In this document: positions 37,192 through 46,013 of the stretch, piece after piece | Numbering within the stretch: position 1 is the first letter of the stretch | How the letters are laid out: every line of letters starts with the position of its first letter | Source: Alphaproteobacteria bacterium | Lineage (GTDB): Bacteria > Pseudomonadota > Alphaproteobacteria > RF32 > CAG-239 | Assembly: GCA_015062535.1 (NCBI GenBank) | Contig: SUUK01000002.1 | Location: forward strand, 31,946 to 95,945 | Length of the DNA: 64,000 nucleotides | Direction of reading: 5' to 3' | Notes under the pieces: model-generated | Databases searched by the model: none | What the model was told of the DNA's origin: nothing | Seen by the model: only the letters and a program-made list of their open reading frames with translations | Position numbers and translations under genes: made by a program

Positions 37192-40100
37192 TTATATTTC
37201 TTTAACAGATGAAACTCCAGGGATGTTTTTTAACTTTGTTAACATCATATTGTCTGCAAAAGCAAAACCTCCCTCTATTTCTATTCTAACATCCCAATCG
37301 TCTAACTCTGGTTCTAGGTAAACTTTGTTTGTTCCTCGCATATCTGAGTATAACACTTTTTTTACTTCAGGAACTGCAGATGGATTTGAAATGGATATAA
37401 TTAACCCTTTGGCTTGTTCGGCAATAGCTTCATCTATTGTTCTTACAGAATTTATCATTATTCGTGGGTTTTCTTCTTCGGATTGTTTGTTGATGGTTAC
37501 TTTTACAAGTAATGGACATCCGGAGTTTATTACCTCTTCATATTTAGCAAGACCATCTGAGAATAACATTCCTTCAAAGTTACCAGTTGTGTCTGATAAG
37601 CCCATAAAGGCATATTTATTGCCTGATTTGCTAATACGTTTTTGGAATGTTTCAACACATCCTGCAATGTTTGCTTTAATACTATCACCAACTTTGATGT
37701 TCGCCATAACCTCTTGGCATGATTTTATGCCAAGTTTTCCCATGCTTTCGGCATATACATCTAATGGATGAGCTGATAGGTAAAAACCGATAACACTTGC
37801 TTCTAAACGGAGTTTTTCTAGGTCAGGCCAATCTGGTGCATCAAATAGTTTTACTTTTGAAGAATATACTTCTGCCCCAAAGAGAGAGGATTGGGCGCTT
37901 GTTTTCATCTCGGTTGCAGATGAGATATTTTTTAAGATAGTATCTATATTTGCATAAAGTTTGCCACGTTTTTTCTCTAAGCAATCGAATGCGCCGGCTT
38001 TGATTAGTTGTTCTAGTTGTTTGCGGTTTAACTGTTTTGCATCAACTCTGTTGATGAAGTCTGACATATCTTTGAATTTGCCACCTTTGTTTCTAGCTTC
38101 GATTATGGCATTCATATTTGCTTCGCCAACACCTTTTATTGCGCCTAAAGCATATCTTAATTTGCCATCTTGAACGCTAAATTTAGCAAGTGATTCATTG
38201 ATGTCTGGTTTTAATACATCTATACCAAGAATTTTGCATTCTGCCTTGAATGTTGCAAGTTTGTCGGTATTGGTGATATCTAAGTCCATAACGGCACACA
38301 TAAATTCTACTGGATAATGAGCTTTTAGGTATGCGGTTTGGTATGATACAAGTGAGTATGCGGCAGCGTGTGATTTGTTAAAACCATATGATGCAAATTT
38401 TTCCATTTGGTCAAAAATACTTTTTGCAACTTCTTCATCTATGCCGTTTTTTATAGCGCCTTCGGTAAACATAATGCGTTGCTTTGGAATTTCATCTCGC
38501 ATTTTTTTACCCATAACCTTACGGAGCTTATCTGCTCCACCCATAGTGTAGCCACCAAGTTCTCTGGCAATCATCATAACTTGCTCTTGATATACCATAA
38601 TTCCGTATGTTTCTTTTAAAATCGGTTCTAGGGCTGGGTGTAGGTATTGGATTTCTTCTTCGCCATGTTTACGTTTAATAAAAGTTGGAATGTTATCCAT
38701 TGGACCTGGTCGATACAGTGACACAATAGCAATTAGGTCTTCAAAACGGTCTGGTCGAATTTGTTTGTGTACGTCTTTCATGCCGGCAGACTCAAATTGG
38801 AATACAGCGGTGGTTTTTCCTTCTTGGAGCATTTTGTATGTTGCTTCATCATCAAGAGGAATTTTTTCCATATCTAAATCTATACCTTGAGAGATTTTTA
38901 TCCAATCTATTGCTCTTTGGATTACAGTTAGAGTTTTTAAACCTAAAAAGTCAAACTTGATAAGACCTGTTTCTTCTACAAACTTCATATCGTACATAGT
39001 AACAGGCATATCTGCACGTGGGTCTTTATAGAGTGGAACAAGTTGGTCTAATGGTCTATCGCCAATAACAACACCGGCAGCATGCATACCTGAATTTCGG
39101 TATAAACCCTCTAGCTTTATAGCAATTTCAAAAAGTTTATTTATTTGAGGGTCGTTTTGACGCATTTCTTCTAATTCTGGAACTTGTTCTAAGGCTTCGG
39201 GTAGAGTTGGGTTTTTGCCTTGAGCACCGGCAGGAATCATTTTAGAAATTTTATCTGCTTGAGAATATGGCATTTGAAGGACTCGTGCCACATCTCGGAT
39301 TACAGCTTTGGATTGTAATTTACCATAAGTGATAATTTGTGCAACATGGTCAAAACCATATTTTTCTTGAACATACTCTATGGTTTTGTAGCGATTTTCT
39401 TGGCAGAAGTCCACGTCAAAGTCCGGCATGTTTACACGTTCTGGGTTTAAGAAACGTTCAAAAAGCAAGTCTAACTTTATGGGGTCTAGCTCTGTAATTT
39501 TTAATGCCCATGCAACAATAGAACCAGCACCAGAACCACGTCCTGGTCCAACAGATACACCATGAGCTTTTGACCATTTGATAAAGTCTGACACGATTAA
39601 GAAATATCCTGGGAAGCCCATTTTTTTGATAACGCTAAGCTCGTATTCTAGTCTTGCATAGTATTTTTCATCTATAGCTTTTCTTTCTTCTGGCGTTAAT
39701 TCTTTGTTATAAACGGCTATTTGCATTCTTTCGTCAAGACCACGATATGCTTCTTCGGTGATGAACTCGTCTTGAGTTCTACCATTTGGACATTCAAATA
39801 TAGGAAGCAATGGGTCTACTTTTTTAGAAAGATAGTTGCATCTTTTGGCAATTAGAACAGTGTTTTCGAGAGCTTCTGGTAGGTCTTGGAATAATTCAAC
39901 CATTTCTTCTTCTAAGCGAAGACGGTTGTTTATAGAAAATCTTTTACGTGCCTCGTTTGCAACATATTCACCTGCAGAAATACATACAAGCGCATCATGA
40001 GCTTCATACATTTCTTCGTTTAGGAAATATACTTCATTGGTTGCAACAAGTGGTATATTTAGGTCGTAAGCAATATTAATAAAATGCTCTTCGGTTTTAC

Positions 40101-40665
40101 GCTCCTCTTCTAATCCTATTCGAGATATTTCCATATATAAGCGGTCTTCAAAGATTTCTTTTAGGCGTTTTGCCATGGTTAGGGCTTCGTCTTTTCTGTT
40201 TTCTAAAAGCAATCTACCGATTGAGCCATCAACTCCGCCTGTTAGGGCAATTAGTCCTTCATTGTGGTCTTTTAAGTTGTCTATGGTTAGTTGTGGTGCC
40301 CAACCACGAGCGGTGTTGTCTAGATAAAATTGTTTCATCAATTTCATGATGTTGCTGTAACCTGTGGCATTCATTACTAAAAGAATTATTTTATCTGGGT
40401 CTAATTCTTTACCTTTTGAAAGGAGGAGGTTGTCAGAGTCTTCGTTTCTGATTAAAAACTGGCATCCCATAATAGGTTTGATGCCTTCGTCTGCGGCATA
40501 TTTAGAAAATGCCTTACCACCAAACATATTGGCGCTATCTGTAACAGCAACGGCTGGAACACCCATTTCATGTAATTTGTGCATAAGTTTGGGAAGCATA
40601 ATTGCACCTTCGGCAAGTGAATATGCGGTGTGGACTCTTAAATGCACAAATTTTGGGTCTTTCAT
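37192..40665 (-). CDS. dnaE: DNA polymerase III alpha subunit
   Basis: PHP domain (FVHLRVHTAYS), polymerase core (GPGRGSGAGS, PDFDVDF), HhH and OB-fold C-terminus. 1157 aa. Confidence 0.98.
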   Translation of the reverse strand: MKDPKFVHLRVHTAYSLAEGAIMLPKLMHKLHEMGVPAVAVTDSANMFGGKAFSKYAADEGIKPIMGCQFLIRNEDSDNLLLSKGKELDPDKIILLVMNATGYSNIMKLMKQFYLDNTARGWAPQLTIDNLKDHNEGLIALTGGVDGSIGRLLLENRKDEALTMAKRLKEIFEDRLYMEISRIGLEEERKTEEHFINIAYDLNIPLVATNEVYFLNEEMYEAHDALVCISAGEYVANEARKRFSINNRLRLEEEMVELFQDLPEALENTVLIAKRCNYLSKKVDPLLPIFECPNGRTQDEFITEEAYRGLDERMQIAVYNKELTPEERKAIDEKYYARLEYELSVIKKMGFPGYFLIVSDFIKWSKAHGVSVGPGRGSGAGSIVAWALKITELDPIKLDLLFERFLNPERVNMPDFDVDFCQENRYKTIEYVQEKYGFDHVAQIITYGKLQSKAVIRDVARVLQMPYSQADKISKMIPAGAQGKNPTLPEALEQVPELEEMRQNDPQINKLFEIAIKLEGLYRNSGMHAAGVVIGDRPLDQLVPLYKDPRADMPVTMYDMKFVEETGLIKFDFLGLKTLTVIQRAIDWIKISQGIDLDMEKIPLDDEATYKMLQEGKTTAVFQFESAGMKDVHKQIRPDRFEDLIAIVSLYRPGPMDNIPTFIKRKHGEEEIQYLHPALEPILKETYGIMVYQEQVMMIARELGGYTMGGADKLRKVMGKKMRDEIPKQRIMFTEGAIKNGIDEEVAKSIFDQMEKFASYGFNKSHAAAYSLVSYQTAYLKAHYPVEFMCAVMDLDITNTDKLATFKAECKILGIDVLKPDINESLAKFSVQDGKLRYALGAIKGVGEANMNAIIEARNKGGKFKDMSDFINRVDAKQLNRKQLEQLIKAGAFDCLEKKRGKLYANIDTILKNISSATEMKTSAQSSLFGAEVYSSKVKLFDAPDWPDLEKLRLEASVIGFYLSAHPLDVYAESMGKLGIKSCQEVMANIKVGDSIKANIAGCVETFQKRISKSGNKYAFMGLSDTTGNFEGMLFSDGLAKYEEVINSGCPLLVKVTINKQSEEENPRIMINSVRTIDEAIAEQAKGLIISISNPSAVPEVKKVLYSDMRGTNKVYLEPELDDWDVRIEIEGGFAFADNMMLTKLKNIPGVSSVKEI

Positions 40666-40760
40666 TGTTTTTATTTTCCCTTTATACGATTATTTGGAGT
40701 TTAGCATATGTTTATTATTTCTCAACCATTATTTTGGGTGAAAGTTGATATTTTAGATAT

Positions 40761-40791
40761 AAAAAAGCCCCGCTTTTTGCGAGGCTTTTTT
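40761..40791 (-). terminator. Intrinsic terminator downstream of pepA
   Basis: AGCCCCGC-TTTTT-GCGAGGCT hairpin (one mismatch), flanked by A6 and T6. Confidence 0.65.
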
Positions 40792-40794
40792 AGA

Positions 40795-42300
40795 TTATTT
40801 TTGTTCTAAATTATGTAAAAATTTATTTAGTAACAATACACCAAATCCACTAGAGCCACAAGGATACATTGGTTTTTTAGTGTTTTCTATGGTGTCGAAA
40901 CGAGTATTTTCTACCTTATCAACTCCGGCAATATCTAAGTGTGCCCACGGGGTTTTGTTTAGTAAGAAGTTTTCTAAGAAACAAGCGGCGGTGATTGAAC
41001 CAGCTGAGCGACCTGCAGAGATGTTTTTTAAGTCTGCTGTGTCTGATTTTACTTTTTTGCGATAATTATCGGTTATTGGGAAACGCCATAATTGTTCACC
41101 TGTTTGTTCGCCTGAGATACTTAAAAGTTCTGATAGGCAATCATCATTTGAGAAAAGTCCTGCCATTTCATCACCTAGTGCAACAATTATTGCACCAGTT
41201 AGGGTTGCAATATCGATAATACGTTCTGGTTTGTATTCACGTTCAACGTAAGTTAGGCAATCTCCTAAAACTAAACGGCCTTCGGCATCAGTGTTTAGGA
41301 TTTCAACAGTTTTGCCGGATAGTGATGTTACAATATCTCCTGGGCGAGTTGCAGTGCCTGAAGGCATATTTTCTACAAGTCCAACTATACCTACGATGTT
41401 TAAATTTAGTTTTTGGCTTGCGGCTGCTTTTAGGGAAGATACTACAACAGCTGAACCTGCCATATCTTGTTTCATGTCACCCATACCTTGAGATGGTTTA
41501 ATAGAAATACCACCAGAATCGAAGGTTACGCCTTTGCCAACTAGAGCTACATCATAGGATTTTTTCTTTTTGTTGCCGTTATATTCTAGGATACAAACAT
41601 AAGGGTCGTTAGCAGAGCCTTGTGATACAGATAACAACATATTAAAGCCTTTTTTCTTTAAGGTTTCTTTGTTCATAATAGTTATCTTTAATCCTAGACT
41701 TTCTAGACGTTTGATGTCACCAGCATAAATTTCTGGAGTTAAATTATTTGATGGTTCGTTTGTTAAATCACGAGCATAACGAACAGCATTTGTTAGGGCT
41801 TTGGTTTGTTCGTAGTCTTTTTTATCTAATTTTTCTTTGGCTACAAAATTAATGCATTCTAATTTTGGAAAATCTTTTGCTTTTTTGGTTGTAAAGTATT
41901 TATCAAAAGAATATGAAGCTAAATCTACACCTAAGCCGAAAGCATTTACAATATCTTTTGCTGAGTAATCTGTTTTTGGTAAATGGCGAGCAAATAGCGT
42001 TGCAGATGAAAAGTTTTTAATGTGTTGATATGCTTTGGCGCTTAAATTTTGGATATCAACGATTGAACATAAATTTTTTACTCTTAAAAGAACAACAACT
42101 TCTTTTATTAAATCTAGCACAAGGATTGGAGAGTTTTTTTCGTTTTCTAAATCTCTTTCTACTAGTGCTTTTAGCTTGTTGAATGTACTTCTATCGATAA
42201 TAGAACCGGTTATGCCATAGTTTAATTGTTCTTCAAAGGTTGCAATTAGAACTTTTAGTGTTGAATCTTTAGGATTTTTATTAAAAGTAATTTCAGTCAT
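40795..42300 (-). CDS. pepA: Leucyl aminopeptidase (M17)
   Basis: VGKGVTFDSGG, M17 signature NTDAEGRLVLGD. 501 aa. Confidence 0.93.
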   Translation of the reverse strand: MTEITFNKNPKDSTLKVLIATFEEQLNYGITGSIIDRSTFNKLKALVERDLENEKNSPILVLDLIKEVVVLLRVKNLCSIVDIQNLSAKAYQHIKNFSSATLFARHLPKTDYSAKDIVNAFGLGVDLASYSFDKYFTTKKAKDFPKLECINFVAKEKLDKKDYEQTKALTNAVRYARDLTNEPSNNLTPEIYAGDIKRLESLGLKITIMNKETLKKKGFNMLLSVSQGSANDPYVCILEYNGNKKKKSYDVALVGKGVTFDSGGISIKPSQGMGDMKQDMAGSAVVVSSLKAAASQKLNLNIVGIVGLVENMPSGTATRPGDIVTSLSGKTVEILNTDAEGRLVLGDCLTYVEREYKPERIIDIATLTGAIIVALGDEMAGLFSNDDCLSELLSISGEQTGEQLWRFPITDNYRKKVKSDTADLKNISAGRSAGSITAACFLENFLLNKTPWAHLDIAGVDKVENTRFDTIENTKKPMYPCGSSGFGVLLLNKFLHNLEQK

Positions 42301-42433
42301 TGATATCTCCTTTAGTTTGGTTATGGTGGGTATTTTGAAGTATGTGTGGTGAAAAAAAGGTTAAAATTAAAAGGTTGATTTTGGTAATTAAAGTGATATT
42401 GTAGGGGAAATTGTTTAAATAGAAAGGTTTATA

Positions 42434-43378
42434 ATGAGTGGTATTTTTAAGGCTTCTAGTGATAATATAATAAAAGGGGCGGAAATTATCAAGAATGGTG
42501 GACTTGTTTCTTTTCCTACAGAAACAGTGTATGGCCTTGGTGCAAGTATTTTTAATCCTAAGGCTGTTGCGGGAATTTTTGAAGCAAAAGGAAGACCCTC
42601 GTTTAATCCTTTGATATCTCATATTGCAGAAATAGATGAGATGAAAGAGTTTGTTATAGCAGATGAGAGAGCTTTGGAGTTGGGGCGTTGTTTTTGGCCG
42701 GGGCCTTTGACTTTTGTTTTGCCTAGAAAAAATGAGAATCCACTATTAGATATTGTTTGTGCCGGACTTAAAACTATGACTGTTAGATGTCCTAATCATA
42801 GTGTTGCTTTGGAGTTAATTAGAAAATCAGGAGTACCAATTGCAGCACCATCGGCTAATCGTTCACAAACAATTTCACCCACAACAGCAGAAGCGGTTTA
42901 TGAAAGCTTGGGTGATAGAGTGGATATGATTTTGGATGGTGGACAATGTGAGGTTGGAGTAGAATCGACTATTTTAGATTTAACGACTCCAAAAGCAGTT
43001 TTGCTTAGAGCAGGAGGCATTACAAAAGAACAATTGGAAGAGGTTTTGGGTGAAGAGGTTTTACTTTCTGATGGGAATCCTGATAAACCAAGTTCTCCGG
43101 GGCAGATGTTAAAACACTATGCGCCTTCTAAAAAGTTTAGAATAAATGCATTAAGACCAATGGACGGAGAACTTTATATTGGTTTTGGTAGTGAATATGA
43201 TTTTGGTGAGATGAATTTAAGTAAAAGTGGTGATTTGAGGGAAGCGGCAAGTAATTTGTTTAGTTATATGCGAATTGCAGATAAGAATGATAAATTTGAG
43301 AGGATTGCTATGGCGCCTATTCCTAATGAAGGTGTTGGTATGGCGATTAATGATAGAATAAAAAGAGCTTCAAGATAA
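42434..43378 (+). CDS. tsaC: L-threonylcarbamoyladenylate synthase (YrdC plus Sua5 domains)
   Basis: FPTETVYGLGA, KGRPSFNPLISH, SANRSQTISPTTA. The C-terminal Sua5 domain is present. 314 aa. Confidence 0.9.
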   Translation: MSGIFKASSDNIIKGAEIIKNGGLVSFPTETVYGLGASIFNPKAVAGIFEAKGRPSFNPLISHIAEIDEMKEFVIADERALELGRCFWPGPLTFVLPRKNENPLLDIVCAGLKTMTVRCPNHSVALELIRKSGVPIAAPSANRSQTISPTTAEAVYESLGDRVDMILDGGQCEVGVESTILDLTTPKAVLLRAGGITKEQLEEVLGEEVLLSDGNPDKPSSPGQMLKHYAPSKKFRINALRPMDGELYIGFGSEYDFGEMNLSKSGDLREAASNLFSYMRIADKNDKFERIAMAPIPNEGVGMAINDRIKRASR

Positions 43379-43404
43379 AATACGAAATATTGTTGTGATT
43401 GCAA

Positions 43405-43431
43405 ACACTCCCTTTAGGGGGTGTTTTTTTA
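43405..43431 (+). terminator. Intrinsic terminator after tsaC
   Basis: ACACTCCC-TTTA-GGGGGTGT (one G-U pair) followed by T7. Confidence 0.75.
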
Positions 43432-43451
43432 TTGATGGAGAAGAGGGGTAA

Positions 43452-43478
43452 TTTGTAGATCCCTTGACGATTAGGGGA
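43452..43478 (+). repeat. Degenerate copy of the ankyrin-associated hairpin element (inner stem deleted)
   Basis: TTTGTAGATCCCTTGACGATTAGGGGA keeps the left arm TTTGTAGATCCCTTGACGATT and the outer TCCC/GGGGA pairing. It lacks GCTAAACGCAATCG. Confidence 0.6.
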
Positions 43479-43486
43479 TATATTTG

Positions 43487-43515
43487 TTGCAAATGAGGTA
43501 AAATTATGATAAAAT
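43487..43515 (+). promoter_or_regulatory. Extended -10 promoter of the shared ank promoter/leader module (ank gene 1)
   Basis: TTGCAA (43487-43492), 17-nt spacer ending in TGA, TAAAAT (43510-43515), then the conserved leader AGGCTATGTTTTGAGAAATTTGAGG. Confidence 0.65.
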
Positions 43516-43545
43516 AGGCTATGTTTTGAGAAATTTGAGGCAAAT

Positions 43546-44208
43546 ATGGGTGAAATAACGTTAGAAAGCCAATTGATTGATATTATCAAAGATGAGGATA
43601 TGGCGGAGAATATTAAGGTAGCCAAGATTGATATGCTAGTTAGGCTTGGCGTTGATGTTAATGCTATGTATGGAGCAAGGTCTGCCTTAAAGCTCGCAAA
43701 TGAATTAAATGAAACAATAATTGCAAAAATGCTAGAAGATAATAAGGCAAGAGATTTTATTGATGATGAAAAAGCAGAAGAATTAGGCACTAAATTATTT
43801 GATAATTGTTCAGAAGATAGATTTGATATTAAAAAAATTAAAGAATTAATAGATATGGGTGCAGATGTTAATCAAAAAGATGAGACTGGGAAGACTGCTT
43901 TGATGGAAGCTTCACGAAGAGGTCATAAGGAAGTTGTGGAGTTTTTAATTCAAAAAGGGGCAGATGTTAATAAAGAAGATGATTATGGTTGGACTGCTTT
44001 GATGTGGACATCACGTAAAGGTCGTAATGAAATTGTGGAACTTTTAATTCAAAATGGGGCTGATGTAAATGTAAAGGATTATAAAGGTCGAAATGCAGTG
44101 ATGGTTGCATATGATAATGAAACAAAAAAAGCCATAATGGATACTGTTAAAAAGAGAAATGAAAAGACTGGAGAGAATGTAGTTATTCAGGGATTTGAGA
44201 GAGAATAG
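43546..44208 (+). CDS. Ankyrin-repeat protein, paralog 1 (A-type head, 2 repeats plus cap, IQGFERE tail)
   Basis: 220 aa. Head MGEITLESQLIDIIKDEDMAENIK...IKELIDMGADVN. Repeats DETGKTALMEASRRGHKEVVEFLIQKGADVN and DDYGWTALMWTSRKGRNEIVELLIQNGADVN. Confidence 0.9.
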   Translation: MGEITLESQLIDIIKDEDMAENIKVAKIDMLVRLGVDVNAMYGARSALKLANELNETIIAKMLEDNKARDFIDDEKAEELGTKLFDNCSEDRFDIKKIKELIDMGADVNQKDETGKTALMEASRRGHKEVVEFLIQKGADVNKEDDYGWTALMWTSRKGRNEIVELLIQNGADVNVKDYKGRNAVMVAYDNETKKAIMDTVKKRNEKTGENVVIQGFERE

Positions 44209-44213
44209 AGGGG

Positions 44214-44261
44214 AATTCGTAGATCCCTTGACGATTGCTAAACGCAATCGAGGGATGACGG
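44214..44261 (+). repeat. Ankyrin-associated hairpin element (full copy)
   Basis: AATTCGTAGATCCCTTGACGATTGCTAAACGCAATCGAGGGATGACGG. Stem CGATTGC (44232-44238) pairs with GCAATCG (44244-44250), loop TAAAC. Outer TCCCT/AGGGA pairing with a TGA bulge. No T-tract. Confidence 0.8.
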
Positions 44262-44275
44262 AAAGGTGAATAAAA

Positions 44276-45049
44276 ATGAGTGATGATATTTTAGAAAAGC
44301 AATTGTTTGAGATTATAAGAAATAAGGATTTGAGTGAAGATATCAAGGTTGCCAAAATTGATATGCTAAATAGGCTTGGCGTTGATGTTAATGCTATATA
44401 TGGGGCATGGACACCTTTGCATATCGCAAAGAAACAAAAAGAGCCAAAAGTCATAGAATTTTTAACCAAAATTGGTGCGATTGATGTGGTTGATGTTAAA
44501 AAAAGGAAATCGCTTTGTTGTAAGCTTAGGAGTGTTATCTGTATTAAAGGTGTAGATATTAACGAAGTTAAAGAACTAATAGATATGGGGGCGGATGTTA
44601 ATGCGAAAAGTGATGTTGGATTGACCGCTTTGATGTTGTCTTCAAGTAAAGGTCATAAGGAAGTGGTGGAGTTTCTAATTCAAAATGGAGCAAATGTTAA
44701 TATGACAGATAATGAGGGGTTGACAGCTTTGATGTGGGCTTCATATAGGGGACATAAAGAAGTTGTTGAGTTATTAATTAAAAATAGGGCTGATGTTTAT
44801 CAAAAAGATAAATATGGTAGGACCGCTTTGAGGTGGGCTTCAAATGGTGGTTATAAAGAAATTGTGGAACTTTTAATTCCAAAAGAAGCAGATGTTAATC
44901 AAAAGGATAATGAAAGTCAAAATGCAATGATGGTTGCATATGATAATGAAACAAAAAAAGCCATAATGGATACTGTTAAAAAGAGAAATGAAAAAGAGAA
45001 TGGTGGTTCTTTTTTTAGTAAAATAAAAAAAAGGATTAGAGGTCGATAG
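44276..45049 (+). CDS. Ankyrin-repeat protein, paralog 2 (B-type head, 3 repeats plus cap, GGSFFSKIKK tail)
   Basis: 257 aa. Head MSDDILEKQLFEIIRNKDLSEDIK. RBS GGTGA. No promoter in the 67-nt gap, so probably co-transcribed with paralog 1. Confidence 0.9.
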   Translation: MSDDILEKQLFEIIRNKDLSEDIKVAKIDMLNRLGVDVNAIYGAWTPLHIAKKQKEPKVIEFLTKIGAIDVVDVKKRKSLCCKLRSVICIKGVDINEVKELIDMGADVNAKSDVGLTALMLSSSKGHKEVVEFLIQNGANVNMTDNEGLTALMWASYRGHKEVVELLIKNRADVYQKDKYGRTALRWASNGGYKEIVELLIPKEADVNQKDNESQNAMMVAYDNETKKAIMDTVKKRNEKENGGSFFSKIKKRIRGR

Positions 45050-45054
45050 ATAGT

Positions 45055-45108
45055 GATTTTAATTTGTAGATCCCTTGACAATTGCTAAACGCAATCGAGG
45101 GATGACGG
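45055..45108 (+). repeat. Ankyrin-associated hairpin element
   Basis: GATTTTAATTTGTAGATCCCTTGACAATTGCTAAACGCAATCGAGGGATGACGGG (one stem mismatch, G to A). Confidence 0.8.
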
Positions 45109-45120
45109 GAGAGATATTTA

Positions 45121-45149
45121 TTGCAAAGAGGGGAAAATTGTGATAAAAT
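45121..45149 (+). promoter_or_regulatory. Extended -10 promoter of the shared module (ank gene 3)
   Basis: TTGCAA (45121-45126), 17-nt spacer ending in TGTGA, TAAAAT (45144-45149), then leader TGGCTATGTTTTGAGAAATTTGAGG. Confidence 0.65.
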
Positions 45150-45179
45150 TGGCTATGTTTTGAGAAATTTGAGGCAAAA

Positions 45180-45941
45180 ATGAGTGAAATTACATTAGAA
45201 AGCCAATTGATTGATATTATCAAAGATGAGGATATGGCGGAAAATATCAAGCTTGCTAAAGTTGATATGCTAATTAGACTTGGTGTAGATGTTAATGCTT
45301 TGTATGGTGCTAAGTCTGCCTTAAAGCTTGCAAATGAATTAAATGAAACAAAAATTGCAAAAATGCTAGAAGATAATAAGGCAAGAGATTTTATTGATGA
45401 TGAAAAAGCTCTAGAATTAGGCACTAAATTATTTGATAATTGTTCAGAAGATAGATTTGATATTAAAAAAATTAAAGAATTAATAGATATGGGTGCAGAT
45501 GTTAATGCAACAGATAGGTTCGGGGCTACACTATTGAGTGTGGCTTCGTTTTTGGGATATAAGGAAGTTGCAGATTTATTAGTAGAAAACAAGGCTGATG
45601 TTAATTTATGTAATGATTATGGAACTACTGCTTTGATGAACACTTGTAAAAAGGGATATACGGAAATTGCAAAACTGCTAATTAACAAAGGAGCGGATAC
45701 TGAGGCAAAGGATAATATGTATCAAACTGCTTTGATTATGGCTTCGTTTTGGGGATATAAGGATGCTGTTGAGCTATTAATTGAGAATGGAGCAGATGTT
45801 AATGTAAAAGATCATGCTGGTCGAAATGCAGTGATGATTGCAAAAGATGAGAAAACAAGAAGAGCAATTATAGATGCTGTTAAAAATAGAAATGAAAAGA
45901 TAGGTGAAAATATGATTGTTCAAGGGGTTGAGCGAGAATAA
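45180..45941 (+). CDS. Ankyrin-repeat protein, paralog 3 (A-type head, 3 repeats plus cap, VQGVERE tail)
   Basis: 253 aa. The head differs from paralog 1 at only 8 of 109 residues, and the repeats then diverge completely. Confidence 0.9.
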   Translation: MSEITLESQLIDIIKDEDMAENIKLAKVDMLIRLGVDVNALYGAKSALKLANELNETKIAKMLEDNKARDFIDDEKALELGTKLFDNCSEDRFDIKKIKELIDMGADVNATDRFGATLLSVASFLGYKEVADLLVENKADVNLCNDYGTTALMNTCKKGYTEIAKLLINKGADTEAKDNMYQTALIMASFWGYKDAVELLIENGADVNVKDHAGRNAVMIAKDEKTRRAIIDAVKNRNEKIGENMIVQGVERE

Positions 45942-45996
45942 AGGTTTTAATTTGTAGATTCCTTGACGTTTTGCTAGACGCAATCGAGGTATGACG
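45942..45996 (+). repeat. Ankyrin-associated hairpin element (hybrid stem)
   Basis: AGGTTTTAATTTGTAGATTCCTTGACGTTTTGCTAGACGCAATCGAGGTATGACG. The left arm is the CGTTTTGC type and the right arm is the GCAATCG type. Confidence 0.75.
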
Positions 45997-46013
45997 AGAA
46001 AAGGTGAATAAAA

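Noticed and set aside
43521-43529. Conserved mini-ORF in the shared leader: ATG-TTT-TGA in ank1 and ank3, ATG-TTT-TAA at 52777-52785, extended to MFFRKTRAK in ank6, and fused in frame to ank5 at 61758.
   Set aside because: The ATG lies only 5-6 nt after the -10 hexamer, at or before the expected transcription start, and has no RBS. The conservation is better explained as part of the promoter/initial-transcribed region. For the same reason the ank5 start was set at 61785.
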